Positions 1-8,361 of a stretch of DNA of 53,592 bases are shown piece after piece. The notes under the pieces are model-generated. The model searched no databases and was not told where the DNA came from. It saw nothing but the letters and a program-made list of their open reading frames with translations. Origin of the DNA: a virus (lineage: Duplodnaviria > Caudoviricetes); IMG/VR virus record IMGVR_UViG_3300009788_000120, positions 1 through 53,592 of that record; one strand, written 5' to 3'. The position numbers were made by a program, and so were the translations under genes. The stretch's first letter is position 1, and each line of letters begins with the position of its first letter.

Positions 1-825
1 CCGCCCCCACCCCCACCCCCTCCACCACCGCCACCAGCGGGCGAGCTCATCCCGTGCTTCACCGCGAGCCCGATGACCGCTACCACCGGCCAGTCGATCT
101 CCTTCGATTCATCCTGCTCGAGCGGCCCGATCGCGTGGCGCGAGTGGAATCTGGGCGACGGTACGATCGAGACGGACCGGGTGTGGCTGGATCATGCCTA
201 CTTGACGAGCGGAACGAAGACGGTCCGCCTATTCCTCTCCAAGACGACGGGAGGCTTCGGTCCGAACGTAGCTCACGAGGTGACGATCACCGGGACAGCA
301 CCACCGCCTCCGCCCCCGCCCCCGCCACCACCGCCACCACCGCCACCACCGCCACCACCTGACTGCCCAACGTGCCCGGACCCGCCGGCCTGTGATTCTT
401 GCTGCAAGCCCTGCGTCCAGCCCCCGCCGTGCCAGGCGAGCGGCATCGAGGCAAGGACGGTAGTCGGCGGGATCGAGTTCCGCGCCACGGTCTCCGGCCC
501 GGGCTGGCTGGCGTGGTCGTGCGCTCCGCCCGAGACCCTCCAATGGGTGAGTCAAGCGGCCGAGCTGACGTGCTCGGTCTTCGATGGGCGGGTCTACCCC
601 GCGCCCTACGATAGCTTCTGGTTGTTTTGCAGTTCAGCGAGCGACCAGGCGTTCGAGACTCAGATCTGGATCGAGGAGCTAGCCTGCGGCTTCGCCTTCG
701 TGAATCCGGCGCGTCATATCTTCGGAGCCGAGCGAGGATATCAGTGCGCGGCTGCTGGTGAGTCATCGAAGCGGCCGACAAGACGGGACCGGAAGACGCT
801 CAAGGCCCTGGAGGCGAGACGATGA
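1..825 (+). CDS. PKD (Ig-like) domain protein with poly-Pro linkers and Cys-rich C-terminus; 5' truncated by the window edge
   Basis: Frame 1 is open from nt 1 (PPPPPPPPPPPPAGELIPCFTASP...). PKD signature FTASP-x-GQSISFDSS...WNLGDG...HAY-x-SGTKTVRL is followed by a second poly-Pro tract and clustered Cys. Confidence 0.8.
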   Translation, partial: PPPPPPPPPPPPAGELIPCFTASPMTATTGQSISFDSSCSSGPIAWREWNLGDGTIETDRVWLDHAYLTSGTKTVRLFLSKTTGGFGPNVAHEVTITGTAPPPPPPPPPPPPPPPPPPPPDCPTCPDPPACDSCCKPCVQPPPCQASGIEARTVVGGIEFRATVSGPGWLAWSCAPPETLQWVSQAAELTCSVFDGRVYPAPYDSFWLFCSSASDQAFETQIWIEELACGFAFVNPARHIFGAERGYQCAAAGESSKRPTRRDRKTLKALEARR

Positions 826-998
826 GCAAGAGTGACGACAGTTTCCTCGGGGCTGCCGCGGTTCTCGCGTGTCCTGCCGCGTGGCCCGGCCTCGCCTTCG
901 TGACTGGCTGGCTCGGCACCTGCCTGATCATCGCCGGGAGCGCCGAGCTCGCGGGCGTAGCGGCGCGGGCGGTCGGGTTGATGCCGCCGAGGGAGTGA
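822..998 (+). CDS. small hydrophobic (membrane) protein, 58 aa
   Basis: ATGA overlap with upstream stop; MSKSDDSFLGAAAVLACPAAWPGLAFVTGWLGTCLIIAG...; below the ORF-track length cutoff. Confidence 0.55.
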   Translation: MSKSDDSFLGAAAVLACPAAWPGLAFVTGWLGTCLIIAGSAELAGVAARAVGLMPPRE

Positions 999-1129
999 CG
1001 ATCGAGCTCTTCGAGCGCACGCTCTTGATCTCGCCTCACGCGGACGATGAGACGATCGCCTGCGGCGGGGCCACCGGCCGGGCCGAGATTCGCCTGCGCG
1101 ATCGGCGCCCGCCGGCCCCAACCGTCTGA
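995..1129 (+). pseudogene. N-terminal fragment of a PIG-L/LmbE-family deacetylase
   Basis: GTGA-coupled start; RTLLISPHADDETIACGG matches the PIG-L PHxDDE metal motif, but the frame stops after 44 codons. Confidence 0.6.
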
Positions 1130-1214
1130 AATCCGGTCTCCGGCCCAGCCCGGGCAAATTATTTTCGCCACGGAGAGCGCGGAGATCCGCGGTTTTGACC
1201 CCGCGGGCCAAGAA

Positions 1215-1266
1215 ACTTGAAAAAAATACTAGACTTTCCCCGAAAAGGTCTATAGACTTTTCAAGT
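1215..1266 (+). promoter_or_regulatory. sigma70-like promoter flanked by an inverted repeat (candidate operator)
   Basis: AT-rich island; TAGACT(1230-35)-17 bp-TAGACT(1253-58); ACTTGAAAA (1215-23) and TTTTCAAGT (1258-66) form a perfect 9-bp inverted repeat. Confidence 0.65.
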
Positions 1267-1361
1267 CATGAGCGACCGAGACAACCGAGACTAAGCCGAT
1301 ATGGTGAGCAACCGTCACCTCGGTGAGAGCGCGAACGCGGCGGGCCGCCCGAGAGCGGCCC

Positions 1362-1406
1362 GGATCGACAAGCTCGCTGGCGAGACGATCCAGGCGGCGT
1401 TTTTTT
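1362..1406 (+). terminator. possible intrinsic terminator/attenuator in a long leader
   Basis: GGATCG...CTCGC-TG-GCGAG-A-CGATCC hairpin, then GGCGGCG and a T7 run (1400-1406). Confidence 0.4.
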
Positions 1407-1610
1407 CGCGCTAGGGCAGTCGGTCTTTGAAAACTCCCACCGATCGAGAGCCCGCGCCGGCGGGCCGTGTCGATCTACCCACAGTCGAAACCTGAAGCGC
1501 GCCGCGAGATCGCAGCGCCGGGTCGCCGCGAGGTTTGCCGCTCGCGGCCTGATGAAGACAGGCCACACGATAAATCGACCGCGCCCGCGAGGGCGAGAGG
1601 AGCGAGCAAG

Positions 1611-2018
1611 ATGAACATCACACCGTTTCCGCCGCGTAGTCGTTACGCATTTCCGCCTCACCCGCCAGAACTTGTCGAGCTGGTCTTTGCCGTTTTCGCT
1701 CGCGAAGGGCACCTGACCCAGCCCGTGATCGGCGAGACCGGCTCCGAGATTCACCCTGCGCGACCGTTGCCGCGGAGTAGCGGGAGGGGCCAGCGCAAGC
1801 TCGCCGTCATCCTCGACCGGCTCCTGGCTGGCTATTCTGATCCGGACGCTGAAGAAGCCCGTCGGCTGATTCGATACACCGACGATCCTTGCAAGTGCGG
1901 TGCGCTGACGATGACCGTCTTCGCCGGCGCCCCGGGCACCGGCCGAGCGACCGTCTGCTCGAATGGCCACACGATCGATAGCACGATTCGGGAGCTGACT
2001 CCGGAGGAGTGCCGATGA
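1611..2018 (+). CDS. hypothetical protein (first gene of left early operon; C-terminal CxC...CxxGH)
   Basis: ATG preceded by AGGAGCGAGCA; ATGA-coupled to next gene. Confidence 0.7.
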   Translation: MNITPFPPRSRYAFPPHPPELVELVFAVFAREGHLTQPVIGETGSEIHPARPLPRSSGRGQRKLAVILDRLLAGYSDPDAEEARRLIRYTDDPCKCGALTMTVFAGAPGTGRATVCSNGHTIDSTIRELTPEECR

Positions 2019-2584
2019 TCACCACGATCAACCCGGTTACCGCCCGAGCCGAGTGGCTCAACTCGCCGGCCCGTCTCGAGATCGAGGCGGACGGCGAGAC
2101 CTGGACCGTCCCCTGCCCGCCGCGGCGCCGAGCAGCGGCTCTCGAGCTTCTCGAAGACTCCTGGCCCGTCGACCTCGAGCGCGTGGAGGCGGTCGCCGAT
2201 CCCCGCTACGACTTCGATTGGGCGCGCGGCGCCCGGACGGTCGCCGAGATCGACGAGCTGGAGACGGCCGAGCGGTCCCTCTTCCTTCACCTCATCGACC
2301 TCGAGATCGAAGAGCGTGAACTCGAACGCCTCGAGCGAGAGGCCGAAAAGCACGAAGCGGCGCAGACCGAGCTGCTCAAGGGCGAGCTGCGGGGCGCCGG
2401 TCGCGATCTCGCCGGCGACTTGACGAGATGGGGCCAGGCCGAGATCGTGGCCGATGCGGCGCTCGACGTCGCGCAGGGCCTGGCCTTCACCGGACAGCTG
2501 CTCGGCCTCGTCAACACCGAGGTCGCCGCCGACATCATCTACGACGCCGCGGTCAACGAGATCGAGCGCCGCAAAGAAGCCTGA
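2015..2584 (+). CDS. hypothetical protein
   Basis: ATGA overlap, GGAGGAG RBS, typical codon usage. Confidence 0.75.
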   Translation: MITTINPVTARAEWLNSPARLEIEADGETWTVPCPPRRRAAALELLEDSWPVDLERVEAVADPRYDFDWARGARTVAEIDELETAERSLFLHLIDLEIEERELERLEREAEKHEAAQTELLKGELRGAGRDLAGDLTRWGQAEIVADAALDVAQGLAFTGQLLGLVNTEVAADIIYDAAVNEIERRKEA

Positions 2585-2656
2585 CCGTTGCAACGAGCCC
2601 TCGACACGCGAGGGCTGCATGGAGCGTTCAAGCCCCAACAACCAAGGAGCGAGCAC

Positions 2657-3442
2657 ATGAAGACAGCAACCATCCCCGAGACCACAGACAGTTTCAAGCG
2701 CCGCCAGGCCGCCATTCTCGATCTCGAGCGCATCGAGGTCGGCGACACGGTCGTCATCGAGCAGCGCTACCGCAACCAGGAGCAGCCGGAGCGCACGATC
2801 CACGTGGTCACCAAGGTGACGAAAAAGCAGATCGTGATCGACGGCGGCGGCCAGCGTTTCAACCGCGAGACCGGCGAGCGGATCGGCGGTCACCGCAGCA
2901 CGTCGACCTCGATTCGGCTCCCCCGCGAGGGAGAGATTGACGAGATCGAAGAGGACATCACCGCCAAACAGCAGGCGCTGCGCGCCGAGCGTCAGGAGAC
3001 CGCCGCCCGTCGGGCCGGTCGATTCGAGGGTCAGCTGTTCAAGGCGGCCAGGATGATCCAGAAGACCGCCGGTGAGGACGACGGCCTACAGCACGTCAGC
3101 TTTCAGCTTGATAGCCTGGGCCGCGACATCGAGAGCGCGCAGGGCCGGGTTGTTCAGATCGCCGAGTGGATGCGCGATGACCTCGAGCGTCTGACGCGCG
3201 ACCTCGAGGCGGGCCGCTGGTGCACTCAGACTGACCGCGGCGCCGATCTCGCGAAGGCCATCGCCGAGCTGCAAGCCGCGATTGAACACGGTAAGACAAC
3301 GCTCTACATGGTCAGCAAGCTCACCGGCATCGAGCGCGACGCCTTCAAGGTCGCGAGCCCGGATGAGCTTCTGCGGCCCGAAGACCGGACGCATGACGAC
3401 GTCGTCGACGAAGAAACCGCTGGCGCGAAGGTGGCGTCTTGA
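2657..3442 (+). CDS. hypothetical protein (N-terminal SH3-like beta region, C-terminal coiled coil)
   Basis: ATG preceded by AGGAGCGAGCA; IEVGDTVVIE...VTKVTKKQIVIDG..RFNRETG resembles a common phage beta-barrel motif. Confidence 0.75.
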   Translation: MKTATIPETTDSFKRRQAAILDLERIEVGDTVVIEQRYRNQEQPERTIHVVTKVTKKQIVIDGGGQRFNRETGERIGGHRSTSTSIRLPREGEIDEIEEDITAKQQALRAERQETAARRAGRFEGQLFKAARMIQKTAGEDDGLQHVSFQLDSLGRDIESAQGRVVQIAEWMRDDLERLTRDLEAGRWCTQTDRGADLAKAIAELQAAIEHGKTTLYMVSKLTGIERDAFKVASPDELLRPEDRTHDDVVDEETAGAKVAS

Positions 3443-3615
3443 GCCGGCGATCGAGCGCGCGCCGGCGCCTGCTCAACACCCTGTCGGTGATGAAATCGAT
3501 CACCGTCCGAGAGGGCGACGCCGAGCACCGTGCCGCCAAGCAACTGGAGACCGAGAGCCGCGTCACGATTCGCAGCGACCGCGACTACCAATACCTCCGG
3601 GTGGCCCTCAAATGA
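3439..3615 (+). CDS. small hypothetical protein, 58 aa
   Basis: TTGA overlap upstream and ATGA overlap downstream fill the gap exactly. Confidence 0.5.
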   Translation: MSRRSSARRRLLNTLSVMKSITVREGDAEHRAAKQLETESRVTIRSDRDYQYLRVALK

Positions 3616-3794
3616 CCGCCAGAAAGAGGAAGGGCCGGCTCCAGATCTGGTTTGGCCAGGAAGAGGAGCCGCGCATTGACCGGGTCTTGAGCTGGGAGAA
3701 GGCTCTCGAGCTGAAGACGAAATCGATGAACTGGAAGGGTACGACCGAGGCGTTTCTGACGCCGATCACCAACCACCGAGGAGCGAGCAGATGA
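3612..3794 (+). CDS. small hypothetical protein
   Basis: MTARKRKGRLQIWF...; coupled at both ends. Confidence 0.6.
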   Translation: MTARKRKGRLQIWFGQEEEPRIDRVLSWEKALELKTKSMNWKGTTEAFLTPITNHRGASR

Positions 3795-4243
3795 ACGAAG
3801 ACTTCATGAAGCGGAATCCACACGCCAAAGCAGCGGCTCTGATCGAGGGCCTGACCGAGCTGCTCATCGAGCAGATGATCGAAAACCACCACCTGCGCGA
3901 CGGCCAGAACGAGGCCGGCGCCCGCCGGGAGGCGCTCGTCGACCTCCGCCGGGCTGTGAGTCGCATCTCGGTCGCTCGTCGATCGTTCGGACCGCAGCTG
4001 TGCCTGGTGGTCTCTGACCACCTGACCGCGCTGATCGAGGCGGCGGACGCCGCGGCCTACGAGGCGGCCGGAGACGAACTCAGACTGCCTGCTGAGGACG
4101 ACTCCGAACCGCCTTTCCCTCCATCTCGCGATGCGCCGGCGCGCCTCTCCGAGGTGACCCGTCGACCGGCTCACCCTCGCGGTGAGTCGATGCTGGAGCG
4201 GGCGACCCGCCAGGACAACGATTCCGCCTTCTACAGGAGCTGA
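3791..4243 (+). CDS. hypothetical protein
   Basis: ATG preceded by AGGAGCGAGCA. Confidence 0.7.
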   Translation: MNEDFMKRNPHAKAAALIEGLTELLIEQMIENHHLRDGQNEAGARREALVDLRRAVSRISVARRSFGPQLCLVVSDHLTALIEAADAAAYEAAGDELRLPAEDDSEPPFPPSRDAPARLSEVTRRPAHPRGESMLERATRQDNDSAFYRS

Positions 4244-4245
4244 TC

Positions 4246-4764
4246 ATGAAGACCACCGGACTAGACGCAGAGACTTTCGCGCTCGAAACGGGCGCAGAGA
4301 CCAAGCTGGAGGGAAAGGGCCGCGGAGCCTGGGGAGAGGTCAAGGTGCCCGATCGCGGCGTCGTCGCCTTCTCCTCATCGCCCGGCGGTTGCACTCTTCA
4401 GATTCGCAGCAGCGGGGCGACAACCGATGGCGGGAAGTCCCGGCGTGCGTATTCCGTCGCTTGGCTCGACGCCGAGATGGCCGACGATCTTGCGCACTGG
4501 CTATCGGCCTGGGCTCGCGAGAACCGCGGGCTCGCCGACGCCGCCGCGGCGAGTGACGCCGAGCTTGAAGAAACCATCACGCCTCACGGCGAGTTCAAGA
4601 TCTACACCAACTGCCGCGGCTACGCCTTGGACGGCGGCCTCGACGGCTGGTGCTGGCAAGCCTGGTCGGGAGAGCTGATCGCCTACGGCCGCACCGAGGA
4701 ATCGGCGATCGAGCATCTGAGGGAGAAGAGAGCGCAACGCGCCGGCGAAGGGAGTCGGTCATGA
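4246..4764 (+). CDS. hypothetical protein
   Basis: AGGAG RBS, operon context. Confidence 0.7.
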   Translation: MKTTGLDAETFALETGAETKLEGKGRGAWGEVKVPDRGVVAFSSSPGGCTLQIRSSGATTDGGKSRRAYSVAWLDAEMADDLAHWLSAWARENRGLADAAAASDAELEETITPHGEFKIYTNCRGYALDGGLDGWCWQAWSGELIAYGRTEESAIEHLREKRAQRAGEGSRS

Positions 4765-5156
4765 GCACCCAACCGAAACACGGCGGCGCCCGCCAGGGCG
4801 CCGGCCGTCAACCGCTCGCCAAGAAGGGCCTCCAGTGCACGATTCCGGCCGACACCCTCGAGCGGCTCAAGACCTTCACCTGGGACGCTCGCGTGCCCCG
4901 GAGCAACGGACCCCTGCCCCCGATCGCCAATCGCCGGCCGACCCAGGGCGAGGTGACCGCCGCCGCCCTGGAGATCGCGCTCGAGGCGCAGGCGCCGGCG
5001 GCCCGCGCGCAGCTGTTGACCGTCCTCGAGATGATCGAGGACGTCACGCTCGCCTCCGGCGAGGACGTCACGCTCGCCTACCAGCTGATCGCTCGGCTGA
5101 TTCAGCCGCTGCCCGAGAGGGTACGGATTCCGACCATGAGGGAGGTGAGCTCGTGA
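4761..5156 (+). CDS. putative DNA-binding protein
   Basis: N-terminal HGGARQGAGRQP (GGxRxGAGR motif of small phage DNA-binding proteins), then a ribbon-helix-like LQCTIPADTLERLK. Confidence 0.6.
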   Translation: MSTQPKHGGARQGAGRQPLAKKGLQCTIPADTLERLKTFTWDARVPRSNGPLPPIANRRPTQGEVTAAALEIALEAQAPAARAQLLTVLEMIEDVTLASGEDVTLAYQLIARLIQPLPERVRIPTMREVSS

Positions 5157-5470
5157 AAAGGCACGAGCGAGCTGTGATGGATATCGCAACTGCCCGCTAT
5201 AACGGAACCCGCTACGACTTGACCGTGACCGCCCACCGCGGGACGGGGCGCGGTAGCCACCACACGACGAAGGTTCCATTCACTGTCATTTCGTGGGAGA
5301 CCGGCGGCGACATCGATCCGATGACGCGAGGGACGGCCTACATCCCGGTAGGAACGAAGGGCTACCCGGACGGACTGGTGCTGGCCCATATGAACACCGC
5401 CGGTCACGGCCATCACGAGGCTACGCTGCGAGCGATGGTCGACCAAGGCAACGACGAAGTGATCCGATAG
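5153..5470 (+). CDS. hypothetical protein
   Basis: GGAGGT RBS and GTGA overlap; ends just before the terminator. Confidence 0.65.
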   Translation: MKRHERAVMDIATARYNGTRYDLTVTAHRGTGRGSHHTTKVPFTVISWETGGDIDPMTRGTAYIPVGTKGYPDGLVLAHMNTAGHGHHEATLRAMVDQGNDEVIR

Positions 5471-5476
5471 TCCCAG

Positions 5477-5511
5477 CCCCGACCGGGCTCTCTCCCGGTC
5501 GGGGTTTTTTT
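5477..5511 (+). terminator. rho-independent terminator
   Basis: CCCCGACCGGG-ctctct-CCCGGTCGGGG (11-bp stem) followed by T7. Confidence 0.9.
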
Positions 5512-5531
5512 GTGCGTGCTATCGTGGGTCG

Positions 5532-6491
5532 ATGGCGAAGAGAGGCGGATCTAAGCGGTCGCGGATGCAGCTCGAGGTGGATCGTCTCACCGCCGTCCAG
5601 CTCTCGGCCCGCGGCTGGGGCCCTGCGGAGATCGCCGCCCATATCAACGAGCTGCCGGCCATCGAGAACCTGGCCGCCGGCAGCCCGCCTCGGCCGCCAT
5701 CGTCCCACGTCAGCCGTCAGGCGGTGGGGCAGGATCTCAAGGAGGTCTTCGAGCGCCTGGCCGAGGAGCAAATCGGCTCGCTGCGGGCCTCGCTCGGCTC
5801 CCAGCTCCAGAAGGAGCGGACGCTACGTCGCGAGGCCTGGGAGGAGTACGAGAGGTCGAAAGAGAACTACCAGGGCGGCTCTGACGTCACCAAGGAGCTC
5901 GTCGGCACGGTGCCGGATCCGGACCCGGCGCTGATCCGTCGACTGGCGGCCGCAGGCGCCGATGAGCAGGTTCTGGCCGCGGCCCGTGAGACAGCGGATC
6001 CGGAGGTGGTGCTGTCTCACGAGCGGCGCGTCACGCGCAAGGTCGAGGGCCGGGTGGGCGACCCGCGGTTCCTGGCGATCATCGCCGGCTGTCACCAACG
6101 GGAGATGGAGCTCCAGAGGCTGAATCAGCCGTCGATCTGGGCGCGGGCCATGGTGCCGAAGACCGCGGCGGCCCGCGGCCGGCTCAGAAATGGGAAGCCG
6201 AAAGCCGCGGTCAAAGCCCTGCTCATCGGCTCGACGGCCGCCGAGAGGGCGATTGTCGCCGCCCAGGTCCAGGCCCTGGATGAGGTCGAAGATCTGTCGA
6301 GGGTGCACGCCGCGCTGGCCGAGGGCGACGCCGCGCGCATTCGCTGGGCCGAGCTGCGGCTCAAGGCCGGCGAGCGCCGGATGCGCCTGTTGGGCATCAA
6401 GCCGCCGAGCCCGGATGATCCCTTGGCGGGCGGAGACGGAGACGATCAGGTGATCGAGGTCACGGTCATAGAGAAGTCGATCGCGCCGTGA
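5532..6491 (+). CDS. putative terminase small subunit
   Basis: Position upstream of TerL; N-terminal HTH-like segment (GWGPAEIAAHI...VSRQAVGQDLK), VGDPRFL motif, C-terminal RRMRLLGI..P. Confidence 0.6.
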   Translation: MAKRGGSKRSRMQLEVDRLTAVQLSARGWGPAEIAAHINELPAIENLAAGSPPRPPSSHVSRQAVGQDLKEVFERLAEEQIGSLRASLGSQLQKERTLRREAWEEYERSKENYQGGSDVTKELVGTVPDPDPALIRRLAAAGADEQVLAAARETADPEVVLSHERRVTRKVEGRVGDPRFLAIIAGCHQREMELQRLNQPSIWARAMVPKTAAARGRLRNGKPKAAVKALLIGSTAAERAIVAAQVQALDEVEDLSRVHAALAEGDAARIRWAELRLKAGERRMRLLGIKPPSPDDPLAGGDGDDQVIEVTVIEKSIAP

Positions 6492-6709
6492 GAAGAAAAC
6501 TCCTACAGGGGTTCGAGGTTGGCGCGGCTGCTCGAGGAGAGGTCATTCTTCAGCACGCGGTCAAACCGCTGCCGGCTCCGAAGATATCCTTCAAGGCGGT
6601 TTGCGGAGCAAAGATCGTATGCCGTCGATTGGAGTTCAACCCTACAGATCGACGAGCGTGTTTTCAATGCAGCGCTCGTACCGGAACTCTCTACCTGCGA
6701 TCCTCCTGA
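6488..6709 (+). CDS. small Cys/His-containing protein (possible zinc binder)
   Basis: GTGA overlap; HAV...VCG...ACFQC. Confidence 0.5.
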   Translation: MRRKLLQGFEVGAAARGEVILQHAVKPLPAPKISFKAVCGAKIVCRRLEFNPTDRRACFQCSARTGTLYLRSS

Positions 6710-6917
6710 GATCTTCGTTCTCCCCACCCTCCCGCACTCCCTCCGGCGATCAGCGACCGGCGGCCGGGCGATCGGCCCCGCGGCCGAGGTCGGCGCGGGA
6801 GAGGTCGTAATATGCTTTCCTTCCTTGCAAGGGACCCGCCGCGATGCCCGGAGAGGGTGAGCGGGCTCGAGGCCCGACATTTGCTACTCCCCTCTCCGGG
6901 CCGGGTAGACTGCCTGG

Positions 6918-8351
6918 GTGAAGATCGAGTTTCCCCTCTGGCCAAAGCAGATGCTGGCCTTCCGATCGCCGGCGACCGAGCTTCTCTACGGCGGAGCGAA
7001 GGGCGGGGGCAAGAGCTACCTCATGAGGGTCTGCGCCATCTGCTGGTGCATGACGATTCCCGGGCTCCAGGTCTACCTCTTCCGGCGCACGTCGCCAGAG
7101 CTCCGCAAGAGCCATCTCGAGGGACCTACGTCATTCGAGAACCTGCTGGCGCCGCTCTTGGCTTCCCGACGGGTGACGATCGTCGCCGACCAGATCAGAT
7201 TCTGGAACGGCTCGCGCATCCACCTGGCGCACGCGCAGTACGAGCACAACCTGTCGAAGTACCGCGGCGTGGGCATCCACGTGCTGATGATCGACCAGCT
7301 CGAGGAGTTCACCGAGCCGATGTATCGGCTGCTGCGGGCCGAGGTCCGGATGGCCGGGATCAAGATCCCGTCGGAGTCGAACCTGCGCGGCAGATTCCCC
7401 CGCGTGCTGTTGTCCGACAACCCGGGCGGGGTCGGCGACGGCTGGATCATGCAGCAATTCATCGACCCGGCGCCCGAGCTCGAGATCTGGGAAAGCCCGG
7501 CCGGCTTCAAACGCCAGTTCATCCCCGCGCTGCTCGAGGACAACCCGTCGATCGAGCTCGAAGATCCGATGTACCGCCGGCGGCTCGAAGACCTCGGCAA
7601 CCCGATGCTGGTCGAGGCCCTGCTCCTCGGCCGCCGCGGGCTGGTGGCCGGATCGTTCTTTTCCGACGTCTGGAACCGGCCCGACTACCAGATCCTGAAG
7701 CCGTTCAGCGTTCCGGCCGGCTGGTGGTGTTTCGCGTCGTTCGATTGGGGCTCTGCATCGCCGGCCTCGCTGGGGATCTGGGCGGTGGCCAACGGCGAAG
7801 AGGTCACGATCGCCGGAGATCGCCGATGGTTCCCGCCGGGGTCGATGATTCGAATGGACGAGCTCTATACCGTCGTCGAACACGACGGCAAGGTGGAGCA
7901 CAACGTCGGCCAGCGCCTCACCAACGCCAAGCTCGGGCTTCAGGTCGCGGCTCTGGCCGCTCCCTACCAACCACGGTTCATTGCCGCTGATCCCCAGGTC
8001 TTCCAGGAAATGGGCGGCCCGTCGATCGGCGATCAGATGATCGAGGCGGCGCAGGCCAGAGGCTACGGCCTGCCCCTGGTGAGAGCCGATAACGCCCGGG
8101 TGCCCGGCTGGCAGAAGGTGCGCAAGATGATGCATCAGAGCGCGGCAAACCATCCGGAGGGAGCGGGACTCTGGGTGGTCGATACCTGTCGGCACTGGAT
8201 GAGAACGATGACCGGCGTTCAGAAGGATCCGGCCCGTGGCGGCGAGGATCTGAAGAAAGAGGGCGAGGATCACTGCGCCGACGACACGCGCTATGCGGTC
8301 ATGATGGTAGATAGTGGTAGGCTCGAATCCGAGCCGCTGGACTTGTACTGA
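6918..8351 (+). CDS. terL: terminase large subunit
   Basis: Q motif (LWPKQ), Walker A YGGAKGGGKS, Walker B-like VLMIDQLEEF, NPGG, nuclease SFDWG and EDHCADDTRY. Confidence 0.92.
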   Translation: MKIEFPLWPKQMLAFRSPATELLYGGAKGGGKSYLMRVCAICWCMTIPGLQVYLFRRTSPELRKSHLEGPTSFENLLAPLLASRRVTIVADQIRFWNGSRIHLAHAQYEHNLSKYRGVGIHVLMIDQLEEFTEPMYRLLRAEVRMAGIKIPSESNLRGRFPRVLLSDNPGGVGDGWIMQQFIDPAPELEIWESPAGFKRQFIPALLEDNPSIELEDPMYRRRLEDLGNPMLVEALLLGRRGLVAGSFFSDVWNRPDYQILKPFSVPAGWWCFASFDWGSASPASLGIWAVANGEEVTIAGDRRWFPPGSMIRMDELYTVVEHDGKVEHNVGQRLTNAKLGLQVAALAAPYQPRFIAADPQVFQEMGGPSIGDQMIEAAQARGYGLPLVRADNARVPGWQKVRKMMHQSAANHPEGAGLWVVDTCRHWMRTMTGVQKDPARGGEDLKKEGEDHCADDTRYAVMMVDSGRLESEPLDLY

Positions 8352-8361
8352 GGAGACGCTT

